31,979 nt of DNA from an uncultured Deinococcales bacterium (GCA_964244895.1 CAXTKV010000037.1:1-31979); one strand, 5' to 3'; shown: positions 8,443 through 16,791, numbered from the stretch's first letter. A program made the numbers and translations. Notes: a model not told the origin generated them from the letters alone.

Positions 8443-9999
8443 ATGCGTAACGCTCGTTCCTCGTGGTGGCTGGCCGCGCTGCCACTCGCGTTCCTGGCGG
8501 TGTTCCTGATCTATCCGCTCGGCAAGCTCATATCGTTGGGCTTCTCGCTCGAGACGCTTCAATCCACGTTTCAGAACCCGTACTACCAAGGGCGCGCGCT
8601 CTGGACGCTGGCGCAGGCCATCGGCAGTACGGCCCTGACGGTGGTGCTGGGCGTTCCGGCGGCGGTCACTTTTGCGCGTTACGATTTTCGCGGCAAGCGC
8701 GCGCTGGAAGCCGCGCTGACCCTGCCGTTCGTCGTGCCGACGATTGTCGCCGCCATCGGTTTCCTGGCGTTGTTCGGGCCGCGCGGTTTGACGGGTCTGA
8801 ACCTCTCGCGCTCACCGTGGTTGATCGTGCTGGCGAACGTTTTTTACAACTACGCGCTGGTGGTGCGGCTCGTCTCGAGTTACCTGTCCGGCGTCGGGCC
8901 TCGTCTCGAGGAAGCGGCCCGCGTGCTGGGATCTGGGGCGTTCAGAACGTTCTGGCGCGTGACGTTACCGGTCGCCGCACCCGCGATTCTGGCCTCAGCC
9001 GCGCTGGTGTTCCTGTACACCTTCGCGTCTTTCGGCGTACCGCTGGTGCTGGGCGGCGGGCGCTGGAACACGCTCGAGGTCGAGATCTACCAGCTCGTGG
9101 CGAACCAACTGAAGCTTTCCGAGGCGGGCGCGCTGGCGTTGGTGCAGCTCGCGATCACGCTGACGGCCACGGCGCTTTACACGACCTGGCAATCGCGTTC
9201 CAGCCTGAGCTTCGAAGTCAACACAACCCGAGGGCGCGCGCGCGGGCTCTCGAGGCTCTGGCTGGCGGCGAACGCGGTGCTGGCGCTGACCATCGCGCTC
9301 GCGCCGTTGGCTGCGGTGGTGCTGCGCTCGCTCTCGAACGCGGACGGGTTGACGCTCTCGAATTACGCGCGGGCCTTTCAGCATTCGGATTCCGTGTTCG
9401 TGACCAGCGCACCCTCGGCGCTCTGGAATTCGCTGCGTTTCGCGCTGGGCACGCTATTCACTGCGGTTCCCATCGGGTTGTTGTACGCGCTGGCGGTCTG
9501 GCGCACGAGATCGCGGGTGTTGGACGCGCTTTCCTTGCTGCCGCTGACGGTTTCGGCGGCGCTCCTGGGCGTGGCTTACCTGGTGGCCTTACCGGGGTTG
9601 CGCGCCAGCCCCGCGATGCTGTTCGCGGCCTACACGCTGGTGGCGTACCCGTTCGTGGCGCGCTCGAGCCTGACGGCCCTGCGCGCCCTGCAACCCAGCG
9701 CGCTCGAGGCGGCGAGGGTGCTGGGGTCATCGCCCGCGCGGGCGTTCTGGCGGGTGGTGTTGCCGTCGATCGCGCCCGCGTTGACCACGGGCTCGGCTTT
9801 CGCGTTCGCCAGCGTGGTCGGCGAGTTCGGCGCGACGCTGGTGCTCTCCAGGCCGGAATGGACGACGCTCTCGGGAGCCATTTTTGAGCGTCTGTCGCGC
9901 CCCGGTCAGTTGGGTGAAGCCACGGCGCTGGCGGTGATCTTGCTGGTGGTCACGACTGTCGGGTTTCTGGGATTGGATCGGATCGGGCGCCCCAACTGA
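8443..9999 (+). CDS. thiP: Thiamine/iron-type ABC transporter permease (two permease repeats)
   Basis: Two EAA loops (LEEAARVLGSG, LEAARVLGSS), many TM segments; operonic with thiB. Confidence 0.88.
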   Translation: MRNARSSWWLAALPLAFLAVFLIYPLGKLISLGFSLETLQSTFQNPYYQGRALWTLAQAIGSTALTVVLGVPAAVTFARYDFRGKRALEAALTLPFVVPTIVAAIGFLALFGPRGLTGLNLSRSPWLIVLANVFYNYALVVRLVSSYLSGVGPRLEEAARVLGSGAFRTFWRVTLPVAAPAILASAALVFLYTFASFGVPLVLGGGRWNTLEVEIYQLVANQLKLSEAGALALVQLAITLTATALYTTWQSRSSLSFEVNTTRGRARGLSRLWLAANAVLALTIALAPLAAVVLRSLSNADGLTLSNYARAFQHSDSVFVTSAPSALWNSLRFALGTLFTAVPIGLLYALAVWRTRSRVLDALSLLPLTVSAALLGVAYLVALPGLRASPAMLFAAYTLVAYPFVARSSLTALRALQPSALEAARVLGSSPARAFWRVVLPSIAPALTTGSAFAFASVVGEFGATLVLSRPEWTTLSGAIFERLSRPGQLGEATALAVILLVVTTVGFLGLDRIGRPN

Positions 10000-10031
10000 T
10001 CGGAATCGCGGTCTCGAGCGAGAATGATCCC

Positions 10032-10109
10032 GACGGGTTCGAATCTCACCGCTCGAAGACGGGTTCGAGTCTCACCGCTCGAAGACGGGTTCGAATCTCA
10101 CCGCTCGAG
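10032..10109. repeat. Tandem repeat, 3 x 26 bp
   Basis: GACGGGTTCGA(A/G)TCTCACCGCTCGA(A/G) starting at 10032, 10058 and 10084. Confidence 0.9.
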
Positions 10110-10298
10110 CGCACGCTCGTCGTTGTGAAACCCGAGCGCGTGGGCGACCCATTGGCTCAGGCTGACGCGGGTCGACCTCGGTTCGTTCTGGTTGCGGGCT
10201 TGCCGAAGGCGCTGATCGAGCCCGGCCTCTCGTAGCAGGCGCTGTTGGTGTTCTCTGGCCTGACCCACCATGAACCAGTTGCTGTTCCAGTCGTTCAT
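10098..10298 (-). CDS. Small hypothetical protein (66 aa), second gene of the duplicated micro-operon
   Basis: GGAGG RBS; begins MNDWNS, matching MSNWN(T) at 31963. Confidence 0.75.
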   Translation of the reverse strand: MNDWNSNWFMVGQAREHQQRLLREAGLDQRLRQARNQNEPRSTRVSLSQWVAHALGFHNDERALER

Positions 10299-10313
10299 GT
10301 CGTCCTCCGGTAC

Positions 10314-10547
10314 TCAGGCGGCGATGACGCGCCGCGCGGCGATCACGCTGAGGCCGACGCGCGCCAGGGATCGAGCAATCTCGAGGTTGGACGGGGCGCT
10401 GGCGAGCGCGACCGGGTGCAACCGCACCGTGAAATCGCCCAAGTTGGCGTGCGCAAAGACGCTGACCCGGAACGCATCGCCGATGGCGCACTGAAGAGTT
10501 TGGGTGTCGGCTTGACCGATCACCTCGAGCAACAGATCGCTGTTCAC
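10314..10547 (-). CDS. Small hypothetical protein (77 aa), paralog of 31702-31941
   Basis: GGAGG RBS before GTG; 49/77 ungapped identities with the 31702 protein (manual alignment). Confidence 0.85.
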   Translation of the reverse strand: MNSDLLLEVIGQADTQTLQCAIGDAFRVSVFAHANLGDFTVRLHPVALASAPSNLEIARSLARVGLSVIAARRVIAA

Positions 10548-10760
10548 GATTGACCCTCCAAAAGCGGAATTCGATGGCGTTTTTGGCACCTTCTGATCGG
10601 CTTTTATTATCGTCCCAGACGGAAAAAGCTGCATCTGCGCTTCGGTCAAAAAGGCTGCTCGAGTGGCGGATGAATTTTGTTTTGAACCTAAGCAAAACGG
10701 CGTGTTATTCGTTGGGTACCCTCCAGAGGCCGCACACAGTTTCGAGTCCAAACGCAAAGC

Positions 10761-10793
10761 CTCGAGAACACCGTGCTAGACAGTGTTCTCGAG
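10761..10793. repeat. Palindromic element flanked by CTCGAG
   Basis: CTCGAGAACACCGTGCTAGACAGTGTTCTCGAG. Confidence 0.85.
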
Positions 10794-10838
10794 GTTAATG
10801 GAAACGCGTCCGGAACGATGCTTCTCGAACTGATGTTT

Positions 10839-11711
10839 CTAAACCTTGTGCAGTTCCACAGTCCATTCCGCGCCGCTCGAGATCCCAAAATGCCGCGCGA
10901 AATTATCGCCGTTCATCGCCAGGGCCGCCTTGAGCAAGCTGTTGACGTACAGCAGCCGATCCCCAGCCGCGACCAGACCGAAGGATTTCACGAACGGCAA
11001 GACCTCGCGGTATTTTTCGTTCCCGGCCTGACGGATCACGACCAGCACGCGGTCGCCCATCTGCACGCCCAGGCGCTCCAGGCTGCTGCGGTGAATGTTC
11101 GTCCAGATGTTGCCGTACTGCACGTCCAGCACGGGAATTCCGCCGATCACGGCGTGTTCCAGGCTGCGCACGCTCTGGTGCGGAATCAACGCGACGTGTT
11201 CAATTTCCGGGCCGACATCCTCGAATTTCAGATCGCCCGCCGCCAACCGCGCGCCGACGAAGGCGTACAGGTCGCGCCCTAAAAACGTGTAACTGTCGTC
11301 CGATCCGGGCAGTCGGTGCGCGATCTCGTCGATCTCGCGGATGCTTTCCAATCCGATTTCTTCGAAGATCAGCGTCAACGTGCCGTTGTCCGGGCAGACG
11401 AACACGCGCCCGTCCTTGTCTCGAGCCGCCAAGCTCATGCGGGCCGTACCCACGCCCGGATCGACCACGATCACGAAGACCGTGCCTGACGGCCAGTAGG
11501 GTGCGGTCTGGCGCAAACGGTAGGCGGCCTCCCAGATCTGAAAGGGCGGGATCTCGTGCGTCAGGTCCACGACTGAAAGCTGCGGGCTGACGCCCCTGGC
11601 CACGCCTTTCATGGCCGCGACCGCGCCGTCCTTGAGGCCAAAATCGGTCATCAAGACCAGGTCAGAGCGAACTGCTTCCACGTCTTCCACCCTCGCGCTC
11701 GAGCTAGCCAA
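10839..11711 (-). CDS. DUF62 / SAM hydroxide adenosyltransferase family protein (start uncertain)
   Basis: MTDFG..DGAV.AMKGV, DLTHEIPPF, VVDPGVGT.R, PDNG.L, TF.GRD.YA, D.QYGN.WTNI, YVNS. Confidence 0.9.
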   Translation of the reverse strand: MASSSARVEDVEAVRSDLVLMTDFGLKDGAVAAMKGVARGVSPQLSVVDLTHEIPPFQIWEAAYRLRQTAPYWPSGTVFVIVVDPGVGTARMSLAARDKDGRVFVCPDNGTLTLIFEEIGLESIREIDEIAHRLPGSDDSYTFLGRDLYAFVGARLAAGDLKFEDVGPEIEHVALIPHQSVRSLEHAVIGGIPVLDVQYGNIWTNIHRSSLERLGVQMGDRVLVVIRQAGNEKYREVLPFVKSFGLVAAGDRLLYVNSLLKAALAMNGDNFARHFGISSGAEWTVELHKV

Positions 11712-11838
11712 TCGGGATGGCCCGTCTGGGCCGTGTACCGTCGGCTGCGGGCCGCGCGATGCGCGATCTTAACAGGTCGGTCAGCGGTTTAAGATCAGAG
11801 GGGCGTTCCGGTTCGGAAGCTCGGGCGTGCGTTTCGGG

Positions 11839-11981
11839 AAGACCGTCTGGGACAGCCCTTTTTGTTCGGCGTAAACCGCGTGCTGGACGGTGTTCTTTGC
11901 GCACAAGATTTTAATTGATGGCTCGAGGCAGCGAGTCTCAAGGCGGAAACGCTCGAAAAGCCCGTCCTGGACGACCTTTTC
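11839..11981. repeat. Palindromic elements (an inverted pair plus a single unit)
   Basis: AAGACCGTCTGGGAC ... GTGCTGGACGGTGTTCTT; AAAAGCCCGTCCTGGACGACCTTTT. Confidence 0.7.
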
Positions 11982-12042
11982 CATGACTTTACGGGGCGAT
12001 GCCGTGAATTTCACGGACAGCCGGGGGCGCTTCCCTCATTCT

Positions 12043-12753
12043 GTGAGTGTGTGTGCGTTTTCACCCCAGCCGTACCGCGTCGCGTCGTATGCGAACTCGA
12101 ACGCGACCTGGATACGACCCCCGAAAAGGCGATTCCAGCCGTTGACCGCACCGGGCGTGGCGGGCTGGGCCTTCGGCCTCGGCGTGGCGCTCGAGTTCGA
12201 GATCCTGAGGCGCATCGCACCGATCCGCGACCCAAAAGACGCGCTCTCGCTACCGGGACATTTTTACGGCACGCTCGGGCTGGTGCTGCTGATCTCGGCG
12301 CTGGCCATTCGCCCGTTGTCCAAGCGCTTCCCGATCGTGATGCGCGTCCGGCGCGAAGTCGGTTGTCTGGCGTTTTTGTATTCGCTGATCCATACGTTTT
12401 ACGCTTTCGGGCGCGGCCTGGGCGGTCGGCTCGAGACGGCGCTCACCGTGCCCGCCGTGCAACAGTACGGGCTGGCGGTCGGGGCGTTGGCGCTTTTGAT
12501 GCTGCTGCCGCTCTTCTTGACCTCGAACGCACCCGCGATGCGCGCGTTGGGCAAACGCTGGAAACCCCTGCACCGCACCGCCGCCGCCATCGGTGCGCTG
12601 GCGGCGGTTCACACCCTGGCGATGGGAGCCAGTTTCAGGATCGTACCGTTGACCATCGCCGGGATCGTACTGGTCGCGGTCTGGTGCGGCGTGTACGCTT
12701 CGCGGGCGATGACTTCCAAGCGCGGCAACTGGCGCAAACTGTTCGCGTCCTGA
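12043..12753 (+). CDS. Ferric reductase-like transmembrane protein (MsrQ/YedZ-like); start uncertain
   Basis: RR.VG.LAFLY.L.H, L.LTSN...MR.LGKRWK.LHR and VH heme-ligand pattern. Confidence 0.75.
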   Translation: MSVCAFSPQPYRVASYANSNATWIRPPKRRFQPLTAPGVAGWAFGLGVALEFEILRRIAPIRDPKDALSLPGHFYGTLGLVLLISALAIRPLSKRFPIVMRVRREVGCLAFLYSLIHTFYAFGRGLGGRLETALTVPAVQQYGLAVGALALLMLLPLFLTSNAPAMRALGKRWKPLHRTAAAIGALAAVHTLAMGASFRIVPLTIAGIVLVAVWCGVYASRAMTSKRGNWRKLFAS

Positions 12754-12773
12754 ACCTGCCCAAACCCCGAATC

Positions 12774-12806
12774 CTCGAGAACACCGTCCAGTACGGTGTT
12801 CTCGAG
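12774..12806. repeat. Palindromic element with perfect 14-bp arms
   Basis: CTCGAGAACACCGT-CCAGT-ACGGTGTTCTCGAG. Confidence 0.9.
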
Positions 12807-12991
12807 CTTTGAAGCATGCTGTTTGCGACGCATCTTTCATTTGCAGTGCCAAGAAACGCACGGCGCACACGCGGTAAACCCGACGTAGGATCGCGCGGTC
12901 GACCCGTTGCAGGAATCGCAGTGCGTTCGTTCCCAAAAACCGACCCGGCTCGGGCCAGAATGCTCCAGAGCCGAACTCGAGGAGGTTCGAT

Positions 12992-14170
12992 ATGATCAAA
13001 CGATTCGCGCCGATTGCGCTGAGCATCGCGCTGGCGGCCTGCCAGACCGGAAGCAACCCGACACCGCCGCCCAGCCCGCCCTCGCCGCCACCTTCGGGCA
13101 ACCTCAGCTTGGGCGCGCAACAGGTCGCGACCGGTTTCAGCCAACCCTTGTTCGTGACCTACGCGCCGGGCGCAAACGACCTGTACGTCGTCGAAAAATC
13201 CGGCAAGGTCGAAATTATCGAAGGCAGCGGCCCGCGCAGCACACCTTTCATGAACATCTCCAGCAAACTCTCCACCAGCGGCGAACAGGGCTTGCTGTCC
13301 ATCGCCTTCCACCCGAACTACACCAACAATTCTTTCGTGTACGCCTTCTACTCGCGCAGCGACGGCGATTCCGTGATCTCGAGGTTCAGCACCAGTCGAA
13401 CCGCCAAAACCGTGGACATCAACACGGAAAAAGTCCTGCTGGTGATCGACCGCATTCAGAGCCGCGACAACCACAACGGCGGCCAGTTGCAGTTCGGGCC
13501 GGACGGTGACCTCTACATTTCCACCGGCGACGGCGGATCGCAGGACGACCCTGACGGCAACGGTCAGAACAAGAACGTGCTGAACGCTAAAATTTTGCGC
13601 ATCGATGTCAAGGACGATGGCACGTACACCATCCCAGACGGCAATCCGTACAAATCCAGCGGCGGCAAACCCGAAATCTGGGCTTACGGGTTGCGCAACC
13701 CGTGGCGGTTCAGCTTCGACAAGTCCACCGGCGATCTGTGGATCGGTGATGTCGGCGGCAGTCAGGCCGAAGAAGTCAACTTTCAGGCGCGCAACGCGAC
13801 CGACGCGGCGGGCCGCAATTACGGCTGGCACGTGATGGAAGGCAGCAATTGCGTCAGCAACGGCTGCGACAAGTCCGGCAAGACCCTGCCCGTTTTCACG
13901 TACGCGCACACGAACGGCTGGTGTTCGATCACCGGCGGTTACGTCTACCGTGGCGCGCAGTACGCCGCCATGCAGGGTCGGTATTTTATGGGCGATTACT
14001 GCACGGGCACCATCTGGAGCGTGGTTCCAAACGGTTCCGGCGGCTGGACGAGCAAGGTCGAGTTGAACAACGGCGTGCCGCACCTCTCGGGTTTCGGCGA
14101 AGGCCCGGACGGAAGCCTGTACGGAACTGATCTGGATGACGGCAGGATTTACAAGCTCTTCGCCAAGTAA
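12992..14170 (+). CDS. PQQ-dependent sugar (glucose/sorbosone) dehydrogenase family lipoprotein
   Basis: Lipobox LAAC, short Pro linker; GEQGLLSIAFHP, NHNGGQLQFGPDG.LYISTGDGG, YGLRNPWRFSFD, NYGW. Confidence 0.92.
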   Translation: MIKRFAPIALSIALAACQTGSNPTPPPSPPSPPPSGNLSLGAQQVATGFSQPLFVTYAPGANDLYVVEKSGKVEIIEGSGPRSTPFMNISSKLSTSGEQGLLSIAFHPNYTNNSFVYAFYSRSDGDSVISRFSTSRTAKTVDINTEKVLLVIDRIQSRDNHNGGQLQFGPDGDLYISTGDGGSQDDPDGNGQNKNVLNAKILRIDVKDDGTYTIPDGNPYKSSGGKPEIWAYGLRNPWRFSFDKSTGDLWIGDVGGSQAEEVNFQARNATDAAGRNYGWHVMEGSNCVSNGCDKSGKTLPVFTYAHTNGWCSITGGYVYRGAQYAAMQGRYFMGDYCTGTIWSVVPNGSGGWTSKVELNNGVPHLSGFGEGPDGSLYGTDLDDGRIYKLFAK

Positions 14171-14185
14171 TTCAGGCTCGAACGG

Positions 14186-14214
14186 GTGACCTCGAGATGG
14201 TCGCTCGAGGTCAC
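14186..14214. terminator. Hairpin between convergent genes
   Basis: GTGACCTCGAG-ATGGTCG-CTCGAGGTCAC; no clear U-tract. Confidence 0.45.
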
Positions 14215-14282
14215 TGCGCAACCGAACTCTCTCGCGGCCTCACCAGAACCCCGAGGCGTCTTATCGCGGATCGGACTCGAGG

Positions 14283-14339
14283 AAGACCGTCCAGGACAGC
14301 GTTTTTCGAGCATTAGGATTTGCGTCCTGGACGATCTTC
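14283..14339. repeat. Palindromic element, inverted pair
   Basis: AAGACCGTCCAGGAC ... GTCCTGGACGATCTT. Confidence 0.8.
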
Positions 14340-15138
14340 AGACCTTGCGAAGTTCGATCTCGCCGTACATCTCGGTCTGTTCGGCCTCGAATTCCCCGGC
14401 CCGAACGCCCTCGAGCATGGCGGAAAAGAGCACGGTTTTCTCGCCCCAGTCGGCGGCGGGAACGTCGTTGAACAGAAATTTTTGAACGCGTTTCGCCCAG
14501 TCGCGCAGGCGTTCGAGCGCCAGCGGCAGGGTCAGGCGCTCCAGCGCCAGGTCGAAGAGATGAACTTCGCGCACGTGGCGGCGGGCGGCTTCGATCAATT
14601 TGCCGAAGCTGCCGGACAGGGGTTTGGTGCGGCGCGGCAGGTTCAAAGGGTGCGGCCCGGCCACGATCATGCGGGATCGCTCGCGGCGGCGATCGCGCAA
14701 GAAAGCGATCGCGCCCTCGAGCTTGGCGAGCATCTCGACGCCCTCGAGCACGTCCTCCAGGGTGGCGTCGGGCTCATCGGCGTCCTCGGTCTGAGGTACG
14801 TGTGTTCGCGGCAAAAGCAGGCGGGTTTTCAGTTCAATCACGCCCGCCAAGTGCGGCAGGGCTTCGGAGGCGATGTCCAGTACGGCTGGATCGTTGTTGA
14901 GTTCTCTGCGCAGGGCACGGTAGCGCTCCAGCACGCTGCGGGTCAGTTGCACCAGCGGCACGTTGACGGGCGCGATCTTTGCGGCGCGCAGTTGCGCCGC
15001 CAGTTCCAGCAGCGTGCCCTCAAACTGGTTGTTGGCGAACGCGCCATCCGGGACGGTGAACCGGGCGATGAACGCGTCCTCGAGAAGAGACGCCCGCCCG
15101 AGCGGAATCTCGGGCGGGCGGGCGGGCGTCTCGAGCAT
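14338..15138 (-). CDS. scpA: Segregation and condensation protein A (kleisin)
   Basis: FEGTL.EL, vpl..lt, A.VIELKTRLLLP, and a C-terminal V.LFSAMLE......EQTEMYGEI. The start overlaps the trpS stop (TGATG). Confidence 0.85.
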   Translation of the reverse strand: MLETPARPPEIPLGRASLLEDAFIARFTVPDGAFANNQFEGTLLELAAQLRAAKIAPVNVPLVQLTRSVLERYRALRRELNNDPAVLDIASEALPHLAGVIELKTRLLLPRTHVPQTEDADEPDATLEDVLEGVEMLAKLEGAIAFLRDRRRERSRMIVAGPHPLNLPRRTKPLSGSFGKLIEAARRHVREVHLFDLALERLTLPLALERLRDWAKRVQKFLFNDVPAADWGEKTVLFSAMLEGVRAGEFEAEQTEMYGEIELRKV

Positions 15139-16214
15139 CAGCTTTGACCTTTGGGCGCTGGGCGTTTCGCGTCGGGTTTCAGCAGACCGATGGCGTCGCG
15201 CACCTCGAGCATGGTTTCCTTGGCGATGGCGCCGCAGCGTTCCGCACCCGCCACCAGCGCGTCCGTGACCTCGCTCGGGTGATCTTGCAGGTGTGCAGCG
15301 CGCACCTGGATCGGCTCGAGTTCTCGCATCAATCCTTGCATCAAAAACTTCTTGCAATCCACGCAACCGATGCCCGCCTGACGGCACTCGCGATCCACGG
15401 TGGACACCATCTCGGGGTTGGAAAAAAGCTTGTGGTACGTGAAGATCACGCAGCGTTCCGGGTTGCCTGGGTCGGTGCGGCGCACGCGCGCCGGGTCGGT
15501 CGGGGCGACGCGCAGCTTGTCCCACAAGCTCTGTTCCGGCTCGAGCAAATCCAGGGTGTTGTTCTTGGATTTGCTCATCTTGCCCGCGCCGTCCAGTCCG
15601 GGCACGCGGGCGGCGTTCTTCGGCACGACGGCCTGCGGTTCGGGAAAAATCGGGCGATCCTCGTGCGCGAAACGGTGGTTGAAACGGCGCGCGATCTCTC
15701 GGGTCAACTCGATGTGCTGCACCTGATCCTCGCCCACGGGAACGGTATCGGCTTTGTAGATCAGGATGTCGGCAGCCTGCAAAACCGGGTAGATCAGCAA
15801 GCCCGCCAGGACGCTGTGTTGTTCCGTTTTGTCCTTGAATTGCGTCATGCGTTCCAGGTCGCCCAGAGGCGTCTGGGTGGTAAAAATCCAGCCGAGTTCG
15901 GTGTGTTCGCGGACGTGGGATTGCACGAACAAATTCGAGCGATTCGGGTCGAGTCCCGCCGCCATCAGAACGAGCGCCAGGTTCCAGGATCGTTCCGCCA
16001 GCAAGGCCGCGTCGTGCGGGATCGTGAGGGCGTGCAGATCCACGATGCAGTAGATGGCTTCCCGCCCGAATTGCTCGCCGAGCGCGATGTAGTTCTTGAT
16101 CGCGCCCATGTAATTGCCGATGTGAACGTCGCCTGTGGGTTGAATCCCGGAAAACACGCGCTTCATGCGGCTCGAGTATACCGTTCCGGATTCGCGGATC
16201 TGAATGTCGTTCAT
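15138..16214 (-). CDS. trpS: Tryptophan--tRNA ligase (start 16214, or 16166)
   Basis: FSGIQPTG..HIGNY, YPVLQAADIL, VPVGEDQ.QHIELTR, KMSKS. Confidence 0.97.
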   Translation of the reverse strand: MNDIQIRESGTVYSSRMKRVFSGIQPTGDVHIGNYMGAIKNYIALGEQFGREAIYCIVDLHALTIPHDAALLAERSWNLALVLMAAGLDPNRSNLFVQSHVREHTELGWIFTTQTPLGDLERMTQFKDKTEQHSVLAGLLIYPVLQAADILIYKADTVPVGEDQVQHIELTREIARRFNHRFAHEDRPIFPEPQAVVPKNAARVPGLDGAGKMSKSKNNTLDLLEPEQSLWDKLRVAPTDPARVRRTDPGNPERCVIFTYHKLFSNPEMVSTVDRECRQAGIGCVDCKKFLMQGLMRELEPIQVRAAHLQDHPSEVTDALVAGAERCGAIAKETMLEVRDAIGLLKPDAKRPAPKGQS

Positions 16215-16244
16215 GGGTCTGACCTTTCTTCTCGAGACAAAGCG

Positions 16245-16272
16245 AAAACGCCCCAGACCAAGCCTGGGGCGT
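16245..16272 (-). terminator. Attenuator intrinsic terminator upstream of trpS
   Basis: Minus strand ACGCCCCAG-GCTTGGT-CTGGGGCGT followed by TTTCGCTTT. Confidence 0.85.
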
Positions 16273-16294
16273 CAAAACACGAACGTCGCCCAGG

Positions 16295-16336
16295 TTAACC
16301 GGGCTGCCACCAGCGACGCACGTTGAGCGTATCCAT
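16295..16336 (-). CDS. Trp leader peptide MDTLNVRRWWQPG
   Basis: GAGGTG RBS, ATG, tandem TGG TGG codons, TAA, then alternative hairpins and a terminator before trpS. Confidence 0.85.
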   Translation of the reverse strand: MDTLNVRRWWQPG

Positions 16337-16490
16337 GACGTGAATGCACCTCGAGTTCGTGCACTGACGCATCCCGAATCTGGCGTACTCGGAATGGGCA
16401 GGTGGCTTGAGGGCAAACCGACTAACCTAAAATGCTTATTTACAAAATAGAAAGTAAAGGTTTATATTTTGATTGTCAAAGGGGGCGCTT

Positions 16491-16685
16491 ATGTTCGACA
16501 TGAACATCCGTAACGGGCAACTCGAGGAAATCAGCACATCCCGCATCGAGCAGTTCAGAAACCAGGCCACCCTGGAACGCCTGATCCCGCACGATTCCTG
16601 GCGGCACCGCATCGCCAGCACCCTGATCGCCTGGGCGCGCAGGCTCGAGCCGGAAGTCGGCTCGGCGCGTTCACGCGCCTTTTGA
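16491..16685 (+). CDS. Small hypothetical protein (64 aa)
   Basis: AAGGGGG RBS after an AT-rich promoter-like stretch; R.EQFRNQA..ERL...W.HRIA..L.AWARRL amphipathic pattern. Confidence 0.7.
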   Translation: MFDMNIRNGQLEEISTSRIEQFRNQATLERLIPHDSWRHRIASTLIAWARRLEPEVGSARSRAF

Positions 16686-16738
16686 ACCGGAGTTTGCGCG
16701 CGTCGGCGCAATCTCGAAGGATCAATCTGAGTCCAAAC

Positions 16739-16791
16739 AAGACCGTCCCAGACACGAGCTTTCAATACTCGAGAAATGCGTCCTGGACGGT
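16739..16791. repeat. Palindromic element, inverted pair
   Basis: AAGACCGTCCCAGACAC ... GCGTCCTGGACGGT. Confidence 0.75.

Noticed and set aside
10032..10109. Possible CRISPR array or tRNA gene
   Set aside because: The repeats are contiguous with no spacers, there are no cas genes, and no cloverleaf can be formed.
10839..11711. Fluorinase or chlorinase
   Set aside because: It has the generic DUF62 hydrolase-type motifs and no secondary-metabolite gene context. Halogenase activity cannot be supported from sequence alone.
14338..16416. 692-aa ORF spanning trpS in another frame and ending in ScpA
   Set aside because: The upstream ~425 codons are Arg/Pro-rich off-frame sequence over trpS. ScpA similarity begins only at ATG 15138, and long open frames are common at high GC.
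16215..16420. T-box riboswitch upstream of trpS
   Set aside because: There is no AAGGTGGTACC/GGTGGNACCGCG T-box consensus. The TGGTGG here is the in-frame WW codon pair of a leader peptide.
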